From Candidatus Latescibacterota bacterium (lineage in GTDB: Bacteria > Latescibacterota > UBA2968), in contig OZ240241.1 in assembly GCA_965198115.1 (NCBI GenBank), positions 7,424,001 to 7,488,000 of the forward strand: DNA of 64,000 bases. The letters run 5' to 3'. Below the pieces are notes generated by a model. That model worked only from the letters and a program-made list of their open reading frames with translations, was not told where the DNA came from and searched no databases. Positions 53,821 to 64,000 of this stretch are shown piece after piece. The translations under genes were made by a program, and so were the position numbers. Numbering within the stretch: position 1 is the first letter of the stretch; every line of letters starts with the position of its first letter.

Positions 53821-54283
53821 GGCCGCTCAGAACCCCTCGAGGTGGGCGCTGGCGCTGATAAAGTCCGAACTTGGCCACCGCTTGTAACCCCATTGCTTGA
53901 TCCAGTATCGTTCCCGTAGGAACTTTGACCGATCTCGTTCGAGAACATCCGGCCAAGGACGGGCGCTATCAGCGCCGCCGACGCGAAGAACGCCGGGGCC
54001 TCGCTCCAGAATCTTCATTCTGTCGGTACTGGTAGTGCCGCCAACCTCAACGCTCATGCTTCTCTTTTTGTTGGGGACGTTATGGACGAGACGCGAGGCG
54101 ATTTGCCCGGATTGTTGACCCGAAAGGGGGCAGGGCGTTTGCTGTCCGCAATGTTGTCGAACGCGATGTATAGCTGAGTGAGCGAGATCTTGTAACGGCT
54201 GCCACGAATCACGTGTAAGCCGCCCGCACAACAGCTTTCGCTCGTGGAATAGCCTAGGAACGGCCCTCTATGCTCCACTTCGC

Positions 54284-54613
54284 CTAGCTAGTGAGAACCC
54301 TGTAGAGCAGGCCGAAGACGGTCGTGGCGAGCAGACCTATTAGCGGCCAGATCACCCGCTGTAGAACGTCGATCCGTGCGGTTTGGGCTTTGATTTCAGC
54401 CCGGATTTCGGCACCTTGGGAGTCGATCTTGACTGCGAGGATGTCGATCTGGGCCTTGAGTTCGGTGATCTGGGCTCCAAGGACAGCGATGACGTTCTGG
54501 CTGGCTATTTGGCGGACTTCCTCGATGGCGGCATGGACCACCTGGGGGTCTGGTTTGGGGCTGCTCAGAGCTTGAAAGAGCGCATCGGTAACGGGTTCAG
54601 CCGGGGTTGCCAT
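54284..54613 (-). CDS. Small coiled-coil protein with C-terminal TM helix (DUF1640/CCDC90-like)
   Basis: AGGAG RBS; heptad ITELKAQIDILAVKID..; hydrophobic VIWPLIGLLATTVFGLLY. Confidence 0.6.
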   Translation of the reverse strand: MATPAEPVTDALFQALSSPKPDPQVVHAAIEEVRQIASQNVIAVLGAQITELKAQIDILAVKIDSQGAEIRAEIKAQTARIDVLQRVIWPLIGLLATTVFGLLYRVLTS

Positions 54614-54745
54614 CAGAAATCTCCTTGTTGGGGGCCAAATCGAACAGTTCTCGATCCCGTATTTCTGATAGTATTTCGCCCCCTCCCGCAAACAACCCGA
54701 GAGAAGTGGCATGGCCGCTCCTGACGCCTGTGCGGAGCAACGCTG

Positions 54746-57700
54746 TCAACCCAGGACCATCGTCTGATTCTTAGACTGCGGCGGCGTATAGGTCAGCCCG
54801 AAGACGTTATCCGTCAGCCATCGCCGGAATCCCTCGTTGTCTGTGAACTGCTTGAAGAGTTGCATGTCGTCGTTGAGCACGGCAGTCATCACGCGCCTCA
54901 GGGCTTCGTCATGCTCGATCCGGGCGTTCTGCCTGTCGGAGTTCTCCCGGGCGTTGCGATAGGCGGTGTCCTCGGCAACCTTGGCCGGAATCTCCTCTGT
55001 AATGAGGCGTCGAACGCGGTCCTCATCCTCCCAGAGGATGTGTCCAAACTGATCGTTGAAGGTCTTGAGGATGTTCGAGAGCCGTTCGAGTTCGGTTTCC
55101 GCCCGGTGTCGGCCGCCGGTGGTCGGTAGCGGCTCGATCTCGGCGTCCTCGTCCGCCAGTTGGACGTGTATCGCCGCCTTCTTCTCGACCCGGTAGCTGT
55201 CCATGTCGATGGACTCGAGGATGCCTTTGGACAGATCCTCTTCCACGGGCGCGGGGAGCTTCGGCACGAGGAAGTTCAGGAAGATCGAGAGCTTCTCCCA
55301 CTCGGCGTTCGTGTACGGCAGGATCGAGGCGAGGAAGCCGTACGCGCGTACGAACGCCTTGCCCTTGCCCTTGAAGTTCACCTGCCCGTCCTCGTCGAGC
55401 TGCTCCTTGTAGACCGCGACGCAGGCATCGAGGATGGGGTCGAGCTGGTCGCGGTCGGCCCCATCCAGGTAGAGCGTCACGAGCCGGTCGACCTCCGCGT
55501 CGGCATACACCTGATAGCCGTCGAGCTCGGCCTTGAGGTCGTGCAGCTTGTTGGGATCGGTTTCCTCGCTGAGGATCGTCGTCCGGTAGTAGTCAGCGAA
55601 CGCCTCCTGGATGGTATCGGCATCGTTCATGAAGTCGAGCACGAACACGTCGTGTTTCTTCGGGTGCGCCCTGTTGAGACGCGACAGTGTCTGCACGGCC
55701 TTGATCCCGGACAAGATCTTGTCCACGTACATGGTGTGCAACAGCGGCTCGTCGTAGCCGGTCTGGAACTTGTCGGCGCAAATGAGGAACCGATACGGGT
55801 CCCGCTGGATCTCGTCGGCGATTCGCCCGGACGGGAAGCCGTTGAGGGACACCTCACTGACCTTCACCTCGCCATACTCGTGCTCGCCCGAGAAGGCGAC
55901 GATGGCCCGGTACGGGCTCTTGCGCTCCAGCAGATACTGCCGGATCGCGTGGTAATACTGGATCGCGCGCTCGATGCCGCTCGTCACCACCATCGCGCGC
56001 GCCTTGCCGCCGATCTTGTTGAGCGCCAGCACCTGTTCGTGGAAGTGGTCCACCATGATCTCGGCCTTGAGCCGGATGGCATGCTCGTGGCTCTCGACGT
56101 AGCGGCGCAGCTTCTTCCGGGCGCGCTTGGTGTCGAACTCGGGATCCCCCTCGATCTTCTTGATGAGCTTGCAGTAGCTCGCGACTGGCGTGTAGTGCCG
56201 CAGCACGTCCAGGATGAAGCCCTCCTGGATCGCCTGCTTCATGGTGTAGCTGTGGAAGGGGCGGTGCCTGGTCTGCCCTTCCGCGTCGTATGCCTCGCCG
56301 AAGATCTCCAGCGTCTTGTTCTTGGGCGTGGCAGTGAAGGCGAAGTAGCTCGCGTTCGGGAGGAGCCTCCGCACGGCCATGATGCGGTTGATCGTGTCTT
56401 CGGTGGTCTCGTCGTCCTCCCCGGCACCCACCTCGGAGAGCGCCATGCTGACCGCTGCCGAAGTCTTGCCGCCTTGGCTCGAATGCGCCTCGTCGATGAG
56501 GATGGCGAAGCGCCGGCCCCGCTGCTCGTTCCCGATCGCGTCGAGGATAAACGGGAACTTCTGCACCGTCGAGATGATGATCTTCTTGCCGCTCTCGATA
56601 AACCTGCGGAGGTCACCCGAGCGGTCGGCATGGCCAACGGTGGCCCCGACTTGGGCGAACTGCTTGATGGTGTCGCGGATCTGCTTGTCGAGGATGCGTC
56701 GGTCGGTGACCACGATGATGGAGTCGAACACCGCCGCGTCGTCCTTCCTGAGCCCGATCAACTGGTGGGCGAGCCAGGCGATGGAGTTGGACTTCCCGCT
56801 GCCGGCCGAATGCTGGATGAGATACCGTTTCCCGGCGCCGTGCCGGCGCGTGTCAGCCAAGAGCCGACGCACCACCTCGAGCTGGTGGTAGCGCGGCCAG
56901 ATCTGCTCCTTCCTCTTCTTGCCCGTCTTCTCGTCCTTGGTCTCGACGATCTGCGCATAGTTCTCCAGGATGTTGGTCAGCCCGTCGCGGGTGAGCAGGC
57001 GCGTCCAGAGGTAGTCGGTCTTGAGGCCGTCCGCGTTGGGCGGGTTCCCGGCACCGTCGTTCCAGCCCTGGTTGAAGGGTAGGAACCACGAGGTCTTACC
57101 CTTGAGGTGCGTGCAGAACCGCACTTCGTGGTCGTCCACCGCGAAGTGCGCCACGCAACGGCCAAACTCGAACAGCTTCTCGCGCGGGTCGCGATCGCGC
57201 TTGTACTGCTCCACCGCGTCCTCGACCGTCTGCTTGGTGAGGCTGTTCTTCAGCTCGAAGGTGGATACCGGCAGGCCGTTAATGAACAGGCCGAGGTCAA
57301 GTGCGCGCTGAGTCTCATCACGGCTGTAGCGGAGCTGGCGCGTGACGGAGAAGCGGTTCTGCGCGTAGCGTTCAGCGGCGGCGGGGTTGCCGGGAGACGG
57401 CGTGCCGTAGAAGAGTTCGACGTGATGCGGCCCGTCCTTGACCCCCTTGCGGAGCACGTCGATGACTCCGCGCCTGCTGATCTCGCCCTGGAGCCGGGCC
57501 AGGAACTTCCGGCGCCCTGGGCCATCATCTTCCAGGTGCAGGCCCTCGAAGGCATCCGGTTGCGTTTCGACGAGGAACGCCAGGAGTTGTGCTAAATCGA
57601 CCGTGTACTCGCGGTCGTAGCCGTTGGGCGCGCCGCAGATCCATCCGGCCCCACCCGAGGGGGAGATGGCTTCGCCTTCCAGATCTGTCTGCGACAATGT

Positions 57701-57775
57701 GGCATCGCAGGGATTGCCGGTCAGAGCGGTGCAGATCAGCCGTTCGAGGCCGCGTTCGCTGGTGTCGGTCGTCAC
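54746..57775 (-). CDS. hsdR: Type I restriction endonuclease subunit R
   Basis: DLGLFING..FELKN, HSAGSGKS, IDEAHSSQ, FTATPK, KFQTGYDEP, VQTLSRLNR. Confidence 0.96.
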   Translation of the reverse strand: MTTDTSERGLERLICTALTGNPCDATLSQTDLEGEAISPSGGAGWICGAPNGYDREYTVDLAQLLAFLVETQPDAFEGLHLEDDGPGRRKFLARLQGEISRRGVIDVLRKGVKDGPHHVELFYGTPSPGNPAAAERYAQNRFSVTRQLRYSRDETQRALDLGLFINGLPVSTFELKNSLTKQTVEDAVEQYKRDRDPREKLFEFGRCVAHFAVDDHEVRFCTHLKGKTSWFLPFNQGWNDGAGNPPNADGLKTDYLWTRLLTRDGLTNILENYAQIVETKDEKTGKKRKEQIWPRYHQLEVVRRLLADTRRHGAGKRYLIQHSAGSGKSNSIAWLAHQLIGLRKDDAAVFDSIIVVTDRRILDKQIRDTIKQFAQVGATVGHADRSGDLRRFIESGKKIIISTVQKFPFILDAIGNEQRGRRFAILIDEAHSSQGGKTSAAVSMALSEVGAGEDDETTEDTINRIMAVRRLLPNASYFAFTATPKNKTLEIFGEAYDAEGQTRHRPFHSYTMKQAIQEGFILDVLRHYTPVASYCKLIKKIEGDPEFDTKRARKKLRRYVESHEHAIRLKAEIMVDHFHEQVLALNKIGGKARAMVVTSGIERAIQYYHAIRQYLLERKSPYRAIVAFSGEHEYGEVKVSEVSLNGFPSGRIADEIQRDPYRFLICADKFQTGYDEPLLHTMYVDKILSGIKAVQTLSRLNRAHPKKHDVFVLDFMNDADTIQEAFADYYRTTILSEETDPNKLHDLKAELDGYQVYADAEVDRLVTLYLDGADRDQLDPILDACVAVYKEQLDEDGQVNFKGKGKAFVRAYGFLASILPYTNAEWEKLSIFLNFLVPKLPAPVEEDLSKGILESIDMDSYRVEKKAAIHVQLADEDAEIEPLPTTGGRHRAETELERLSNILKTFNDQFGHILWEDEDRVRRLITEEIPAKVAEDTAYRNARENSDRQNARIEHDEALRRVMTAVLNDDMQLFKQFTDNEGFRRWLTDNVFGLTYTPPQSKNQTMVLG

Positions 57776-59232
57776 ACCGTAGCCTCCTCGGGGGTGGTGT
57801 CGAGGCCGTCGCGGGGCTCTTCCTCACCGTTGATGATGACTTCAGCCTCGTCGAGCGGCTCCAATTCCTCGACCTCGTCCGGTAGCTGGGCGGCTGACTC
57901 CCGAACGTCGAGCTTGCCGGTGACCACGTCTGCGATGAGGCGGGTACGGTATTCGCGGAGGAGGGAGATTTCTCGTTGAGTTGACGTGGTCGCCGTATCA
58001 AGGTCTGCGGTGGCTTGATCCAAGAAGGACACGATGGCCGCTTGCTCCTCAGACGGGGGCCAACCCAGCAAGATGTTACCGACAGTGTCTGTGTTGAGAT
58101 TAAGTTGGGTTCCAAGCTTTCCAAGCCGAGCGAAAGGAGTACCAGACGCGAAGACCCGATAGAGAAAATCGGCGTCGCCGTTGAACTGTGGGAAGTAGAC
58201 GAACCCGTCGTGGATACAGCACTTGATGCGGGTGATCATCGGTTTTCCCACCGAGCCAGCGATGCTCAGAAACAGTGCGCCTGGTTCGAGCAGCACGCTT
58301 AGCGACTGGCCGAGCACGGAGAGCCGCTGTGTGGTGCGCTCAAGATAGCGGCTGCTGGCCGTAACGTCGGCGATGCGCACCCATGCGTACTCACCATCAT
58401 CGTCAAAGTACTTCGGATCGGCAATGGGCCTGGGTGATGCCCCGCGCTTAACCAGCGACAGACTCTTCACCCGCCGAACCTCCCAATGCTCCGGCACGTC
58501 CCCCAGCCACTCCACACCGGAGGACTTGAGGCGGACGTTGGGGTCGAGGCCGCGCGTGACGGCGCGGTGGATGACGGCCTGCTTCTGCTCCTGCAGCAGC
58601 GTGATCAGCTTCTGCTTGGCACGGATGTAGCGCCGGATGCGCCGGTCGGCGTGGTCGAGGAAGCGGACGATGGCAGCTTGTTCTGGATAGGGCGGAATGC
58701 AGACCTCGAACGTTCCCAGCCTTGTCTCGGCAATCGCTGGATATGCGATACCCACTGCCTCTGCCGTAACGCGGTTTGTGAACGGATCACTCTGGCAAAA
58801 ATAGCTCGTGAACCTCGGGAACGTGCCGCGTCGCGGCGTCAGCACTGCAAAACCGGTTGACGCGACTAGATCATCACCCGTGTGTTCCGCGTGCCAGACA
58901 GCTTTCAGATAGGTCCTCACCGTCGAAACGATCGTATCGCCGGGCCTGACGACACGCCTTGCCCGAGACGGTGAGTTTCCGAATCGAATCCGTTCGGGCT
59001 TTGCGGTCAATCGGCCAGTCGCAACTGACCCGATGTCCAGGTACTCGAATGTGTACTCTGGATCAGTGTCTTCCGACAGGACGAATTCATTGACGTCCAA
59101 CCAGCTCTTGAGTCTCCGCACCTCCCACTGCGCCGGCACCTTTCCCAGCCACTGGACACCGGAGTCCTTGTAGGCCTGGTACGGCTTGAGTGCGCGTGCC
59201 GCGTCGCGGCCGAGTTCACAGGTCGAGTTCAC
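57772..59232 (-). CDS. hsdS: Type I R-M specificity subunit S
   Basis: Two KDSGV.WLG.VP..WEV repeats, two PP..EQAAIV motifs, LIADVVTGK. Confidence 0.95.
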   Translation of the reverse strand: MNSTCELGRDAARALKPYQAYKDSGVQWLGKVPAQWEVRRLKSWLDVNEFVLSEDTDPEYTFEYLDIGSVATGRLTAKPERIRFGNSPSRARRVVRPGDTIVSTVRTYLKAVWHAEHTGDDLVASTGFAVLTPRRGTFPRFTSYFCQSDPFTNRVTAEAVGIAYPAIAETRLGTFEVCIPPYPEQAAIVRFLDHADRRIRRYIRAKQKLITLLQEQKQAVIHRAVTRGLDPNVRLKSSGVEWLGDVPEHWEVRRVKSLSLVKRGASPRPIADPKYFDDDGEYAWVRIADVTASSRYLERTTQRLSVLGQSLSVLLEPGALFLSIAGSVGKPMITRIKCCIHDGFVYFPQFNGDADFLYRVFASGTPFARLGKLGTQLNLNTDTVGNILLGWPPSEEQAAIVSFLDQATADLDTATTSTQREISLLREYRTRLIADVVTGKLDVRESAAQLPDEVEELEPLDEAEVIINGEEEPRDGLDTTPEEATV

Positions 59233-59458
59233 GGAGAAGCTCCTCGACGGTCATTTCGTGGTGCTGGGCAACGCTCTTCAGGATGCTCGATAGCGTCTTC
59301 ACCCTGATCGGAGTGTGCAGCGGGATCACCTCATGATGTTCACCGTTGATCTGCGTCGTGATTCGCACGTGGGAACCCCGCTGTCGCACGGTGTCGTACC
59401 CCAGACGTCGAAGCGACGCTTGCAGCGTCGCGCCGCTCACGTTCCGGGGCAACTTCAT
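59216..59458 (-). CDS. hicA: HicA-family toxin
   Basis: MKLPRNVSG..LGY...RQRGSHVR...IPLH...TLSSIL. Confidence 0.88.
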   Translation of the reverse strand: MKLPRNVSGATLQASLRRLGYDTVRQRGSHVRITTQINGEHHEVIPLHTPIRVKTLSSILKSVAQHHEMTVEELLRELDL

Positions 59459-59667
59459 GCCACGAGAACCTCGTCCCGCACGAAGTGCAACCGAATCAAC
59501 TTCGGTCGCGGCATGGTGTCGTCGAAGTAGCAGTCGACGGCCTCCTTGACGTTGCTGCGGATCTCCTCGACAGACTCGCCCTGGGTGTGAATGCCGTGCC
59601 CGAGCGCGCTTGCCGAATACCCGCCGTCTGCTTCGTCTTCGGTGATTTCGAAGATGATCTCAGTCAT
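59455..59667 (-). CDS. hicB: Short HicB-like antitoxin (no DNA-binding domain)
   Basis: EIIFEI.EDEADGGYSASALG..IHTQGESVEEIRSNVKEAVDCYF. Confidence 0.8.
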   Translation of the reverse strand: MTEIIFEITEDEADGGYSASALGHGIHTQGESVEEIRSNVKEAVDCYFDDTMPRPKLIRLHFVRDEVLVA

Positions 59668-62600
59668 GCAGTCGTCTCCCGCTGTTCGCCGCCGCCGAGA
59701 ATCTCGGCCAGCAGCCCTTCCGTCTCCTGCTCCAGCGCCAGAATATCCGCCCGAATCTCTGCCAGCGTCCGCATCGGCTTCGGCTTGTAGAAGTAGCGCG
59801 TAAAGCTGATCTCGTAGCCGACCTCCACACTGTCCGCGTGGTACCAGGCGTCGGCCGCGTACGGCAGGACCTCGCGGCGCAGGAACGCCTCAATGCCGCC
59901 GTCTTCCTGCAACGGGATCTGCTCGGTGTCGCGCAGGTCGGTATCCGGCTCGTACTCAACCACGCGGCACTTGCCTTTTACTGTGGATTCGACCAGACCA
60001 CGGATCGAGTCCGGCTCCATCCTGCCCGGCTTGTGGATCTTCTTGATGACGGGTTCGGCCGCCTCAGCCCGCGTGGCCAATGACGTCTGAAGCAGCTTGC
60101 TTCGCTTGGCCGTCAACTTGACGCCATGCTCGGAGATGTCCGTCTCGACGGCAGCCATGAAGCGATTGAAGTCGAGGTGAGGTCCGGCGCCTAATGCCTC
60201 GGTCACCCGGTCGACGACGTTGGCAATCGGCTCTTCCTGCGCTTCCCTGCATGCGGCGCGGAAGCGCAGGCGTTGTTCGGGAGACAGATCGACGGTCACC
60301 TTCCAATAACCGAAGGCCCGGTTCGGGAAGATCTTGGATTGCTCGGTTTCCTCAAACGCCAGGAACGTATCGCAGATGCGTTGGATGTCCTCCTCCGACA
60401 GCTCGCAGTTCTTCTTGCCGAGGTTCTTGCGCAGCGGCTCGAACCACTGCGTGGCGTCGATGAGCTGCACCTTCCCGCGTCGATGGGAGGGTTTACGGTT
60501 GGTCAGCACCCAGATGTAGGTGGCGATGCCGGTGTTGTAGAACATGTTGAGCGGGAGGGCGACGATGGCCTCCAGCCAGTCGTTCTCGATGATCCAGCGG
60601 CGGATGTTGCTCTCGCCCTGCCCGGCGTCCCCGGTGAAGAGCGAGCTGCCGTTGTGTACCTCGGCGATGCGGCTGCCGAGCGGGGTATCCTGCTTCATCT
60701 TGGAAAGCTTGTTGGCGAGGAAGAGCATCTGGCCGTCGCTGGAGCGGGTCACCAGAGAGTACTCGGGATCGCCCGCATGCTCGATCACGAAGCGCGGGTC
60801 GCGCATGTCCTTCTTGCCGCCCATACGCTCGAGATCGCTCTTCCAGTTCTTGCCGTAGGGCGGGTTGGAGAGCATGAAGTCGAACTCGCGGGACGGAAAG
60901 GCGTCGTTGGAGAGCGTCGAGTGTTCCGGCCCCCCGACGATGTTGTCGGCGGCTTCTCCCTCCCCCTTGAGGAGGAGGTCCGCCTTGGCGATGGCGTAGG
61001 TTTCGGAGTTGATCTCCTGGCCGTAGAGATGGGCGGCGACCTACTTGCCGCGCTGCCCGGCGATCTGCGTCAACGTCTCCTCGGCCACCGTCAACATGCC
61101 GCCGGTGCCGCAGGTACCGTCGTACACCAGGTAGGTCCCGGAGTCGATCCGGTCGGCGACAGGCACGAAGACCAGCTTCGCCATGAGCGTCACGGCATCG
61201 CGCGGGGTCCAGTGCTCGCCGGCTTCCTCGTTGTTTTCCTCATTGAAACGGCGGACCAGCTCCTCGAAGATCGTGCCCATCGCGTGGTTATCCAGGCCGG
61301 GTTGCTTGATCGACCCGTCGCCATGGAGGACCGGGTGAGGACTTAGGGTTTGCCACGAAATAAGTGCTGCACTTTTCAAGGTAATGATCTTACGCTCGGA
61401 GTGTGGACGTCGAAACTCTCCGAACGAAGTATGAAGCCTTGGCTCCGGTGCTGACGGAACGCACGCGTCGTCTGTGGGCCGCCACGGAAGCCGAAGCGTT
61501 GGGTCACGGTGGGATCGCGATTGTGGCTCTGGCGACAGGAATGTCCAGAGAGCGGATCTTTCGTGGCATTCAGGAGTTGAGGTCGGACGAACCTTTGGAC
61601 CCGGCTCGCATCCGGCGTCCAGGCGGCGGTCGTAAGCGGAAGGCCGACACGGACCCGACGCTGTGGCAGGACCTGAATGATCTGGTCGAGCCAACGACTG
61701 CGGGGTCGCCTGACGACAATCCTCTGAGATGGACATCGAAGAGCACTCGCAAACTGGCCGCCGAGTTGCAAGCGATGGGGCATTCGGTGAGCCCCAGGAT
61801 CGTTGCCAATCTCCTGCACGAACACGATTACACGCTGCAGGCGAATCGGAAGACAAGGGAGGGATCTGCACACCCGGATCGGGACGCTCAGTTCGTTTAC
61901 CTCGATGATCGGATTAGCCAGCAGCAGCAGCAGGGCCTTCCCGTTATCTCGGTGGACACCAAGAAGAAAGAGTTGATCGGCGACTTCAAGAATCCTGGCC
62001 GAGAATGGCGACCCAAGGGAGACCCGGAGCGTGTGAAGGTACACGATTTCATAGTGCCTGCTCAGGGCAAGGCGATCCCTTATGGAGTGTATGATCTGAG
62101 CCGTGATGAAGGCTGGGTAAGTGTCGGTATCGATCACGACACGGCCAGCTTCGCCGTGAATGCGATCCGAAGTTGGTGGAAGAACATGGGACGGCCCGCC
62201 TACGGCACTTCGACGCATCTGCTAATCACGGCGGACGCAGGCGGCAGCAACGGCGCCAAGACGCGGCTGTGGAAGTGGGAGCTGCAGCGCTTTGCGAATC
62301 GCACTGGCCTGACGATCACCGTATGCCACTACCCTCCTGGCACTAGTAAGTGGAACAAGATCGAACATCGCCTGTTCTCCTTCATCGCTATGAACTGGCG
62401 AGGCAAGCCCCTGGTCAGCCTGGCTGCAACCGTGAATCTCATTGCCGGAACGACCACTCAAGCCGGTCTCCGAGTACGCTCCGAGATCGACAAGCGACCC
62501 TACCCTAACGGGGTCAAGGTGACCGATGAACAGATGACCCAAATCGATCTCACTCCGCACGATTTCCACGGCGACTGGAACTACACGATCCGGCCAATGG

Positions 62601-63096
62601 CTCAACATTGAGATCGACCGTTTATTTATTCGCGAACCCTAAGGTTCACGTCCGGCGAGAGGAACTTCTCGATCAGCGTGCCGAGGGCGTCGACCTTGGA
62701 CAGGCGGGGAATCTGGTTCCGAAACTCGAACTTCTCCAGGATGTCCTGGACGTTCGGCGAGAAGCCGTCGAGATAGGCCTCGAAGTTGGCCTTGAGCTGC
62801 TGTTGGCTGGCACGGGCCTTGAGATCGCGTAGCGTGAACTTCGAGGTATTGTAGAACGCCTGGCCGGCGGCCTGACGCAGTGCCTGGTCCTGGTGGATGA
62901 TCTTCGCCTTGTCGAGCGAGGTCTTCATCTCCAGCACCGCCAGCGTGCTCGGCTCAAGCACTGCGTCGAGCCTCCGCAATACTGTCATCGGCAGGATCAC
63001 GTCGCGGTACTTGCCACGGACGTAGAGGTCGCGCAGCACGTCATCCGCGACGCCCCAGATGAAGTTGGCGATCCAGTTGAATTGAGGGTGGTCCAC
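59664..63096 (-). pseudogene. hsdM: Type I R-M methyltransferase M, disrupted by ISAzo13 and an in-frame TAG (61041-43)
   Basis: NFIWGVADDVLRD..YRDVILPMTVLRR; MGTIFEELVRRF..GEHWTPRD..YDGTCGTGGML; K*VAAHLYGQEIN; LSNPPYG; GYEISFTRYFY. Confidence 0.93.
61346..62639 (+). mobile_element. ISAzo13-family element with intact transposase (61403-62611)
   Basis: LRWTSKS, ISVDTKKKE, HDTASFAV, ADAGGSNG, PPGTSKWNKIEHRLFS. TIRs GGGTTTGCCACGAAATAA and GGGTTCGCGAATAAATAA; flanks TTA/TAA. Confidence 0.93.
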
Positions 63097-63128
63097 GGGC
63101 CTCCTATTTCTCAAGCGCAGCTTCGGCC

Positions 63129-63341
63129 TCAGGGAGATACACGACCTGATAGGTCGGGCTCACAGTGGCCGCGTTGCAGCACGTGGACCATGTAATCGTA
63201 GGTCTCCGGGCTCATCACCACGAGGGCGGCTTCGCCGTTCTGTGTGATGGTCTCGACCGCGCCGTCTTTCACTCTGGCCAAATGGTCTTTCATGTGCTGG
63301 CGAAGGTGGCTGAGTGGGTAGGTGTCTTGCGTTCGGTGCAT
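63129..63341 (-). CDS. Phd/YefM-family antitoxin-like protein (orphan, possibly truncated)
   Basis: PLSHLRQH....LARVK..VETITQNGEAALVVMSPETY. Confidence 0.7.
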   Translation of the reverse strand: MHRTQDTYPLSHLRQHMKDHLARVKDGAVETITQNGEAALVVMSPETYDYMVHVLQRGHCEPDLSGRVSP

Positions 63342-63427
63342 CGTAAAAACTCCGTGGTTGTTATGAATATATACTTAATTCAGTATAACACGGCGTTTGC
63401 CGCTGTGAAAACCGAAGAACGGATGCC

Positions 63428-64000
63428 GAGTTCAGGTCAATAGGTGTGTAAAAGAAATCAGGCGGCCATCTTCCCGGCTTCGACCTGCGGTCCGGTTGAG
63501 TGTTTCTGATCGTAGACTTGTTGTAGCAAGTGTGGCGCGGTGAGTTTCCTGAATCGGCTCTCTGCGACCTTGAGCGTACGCCAGATGAGAGCCGTGGCGT
63601 TCCTGACTTTCTTGAATCGCCTGGCGGCGTTTGTGCGAAGCCGAACGGAAGCAAAGGGGCTCTCGACGACGTTCGTGGTTCTCAGGTGTTTCCAGTGTTC
63701 CTTCGGGAAGTCGTAGAACGTGACCATCCGATCCCAGTCTCTTTCGAGCGTCTCCACGGCGGCAGGGAACTGTGAGCGATACCGTGCGGCAAAGCGTTTC
63801 CGGAGCTTCTCGGCCTCCTTTTTCGTGCCGGCATAGGGGATCTGGACGAGCAGTGCGCGGGCTTCAGCCTGTGCACGCTTGGCGACCTTGTCGAGCACGT
63901 TGAGGATCTTGTGGTTCCAGCACCGTTGTTGCCGGCTCTCTGGCCAGACCTGATCAACGGCCGCCCAGATGCCCATATTCCCGTCCGCGGCGATCAGGAC
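63428..64000 (-). mobile_element. IS256-family element, second copy (identical to 44700 onward), cut by the window edge
   Basis: Same TIR GAGTTCAGGTCAATAGG and identical transposase C-terminus. Confidence 0.92.

Noticed and set aside
53827-54280. ORF or structured RNA between the IS21 remnant and the coiled-coil gene
   Set aside because: Short hairpins (for example CCCGAAAGGG) and weak ORFs only; nothing I can support.
55160-57082. Long antisense ORFs (640 aa over hsdR, 593 aa at 36309, 357 aa at 60273 and others)
   Set aside because: Shadow frames of GC-rich genes on the opposite strand, with no motifs of their own.
57772-59232. hsdS shufflon / phase-variable specificity
   Set aside because: Only one hsdS, no silent TRD copies, no inverted repeats and no recombinase nearby. 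The internal repeats are the normal conserved regions.
1-64000. CRISPR array, rRNA or tRNA genes
   Set aside because: No regularly spaced 25-40 bp repeats with unique spacers and no recognisable rRNA or tRNA sequence by eye. A covariance search was not possible.

Overview
Bacterial window, moderately GC-rich. The gene content resembles Latescibacterota/Poribacteria-type sponge or marine symbionts, but that taxonomy is inference. It has two halves. (1) 1-31.2 kb is a mostly minus-strand catabolic region: five PhyH-type Fe/2OG dioxygenases, Zn dehydrogenases, TIM-barrel epimerases, a class III aminotransferase, creatininase- and enolase-family enzymes, two sialidase-like proteins, two GH10-like proteins, an alginate lyase, a sulfatase, and a PhnZ-like HD oxygenase. 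Its intergenic spaces carry several families of short repeats. (2) From 31.2 kb on is an IS-riddled accessory island. It holds a mini-IS1380 and a broken ~6 kb cadherin/FN3/Calx-beta autotransporter. It also has IS256, IS3, IS630, ISAzo13 and IS21 elements or remnants, decayed defence fragments (RipA-like, Mrr-like, N4/N6 MTase), and a lipoprotein + TonB receptor pair split by a nested IS with a 17-bp direct repeat. Further right is a plasmid-like mob/parA/parG remnant and a type I R-M operon with an embedded hicAB pair and an inactivated hsdM. The best candidate for an undescribed system is 49.7-53.4 kb: a parA-parG plus uncharacterised-domain-TIR cassette bracketed by 88-bp inverted repeats. 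Each repeat carries a sigma70-like promoter and the first parA codons, and the two differ only at the first base of the -10 box. All calls come from reading the sequence by eye; no database searches were run.
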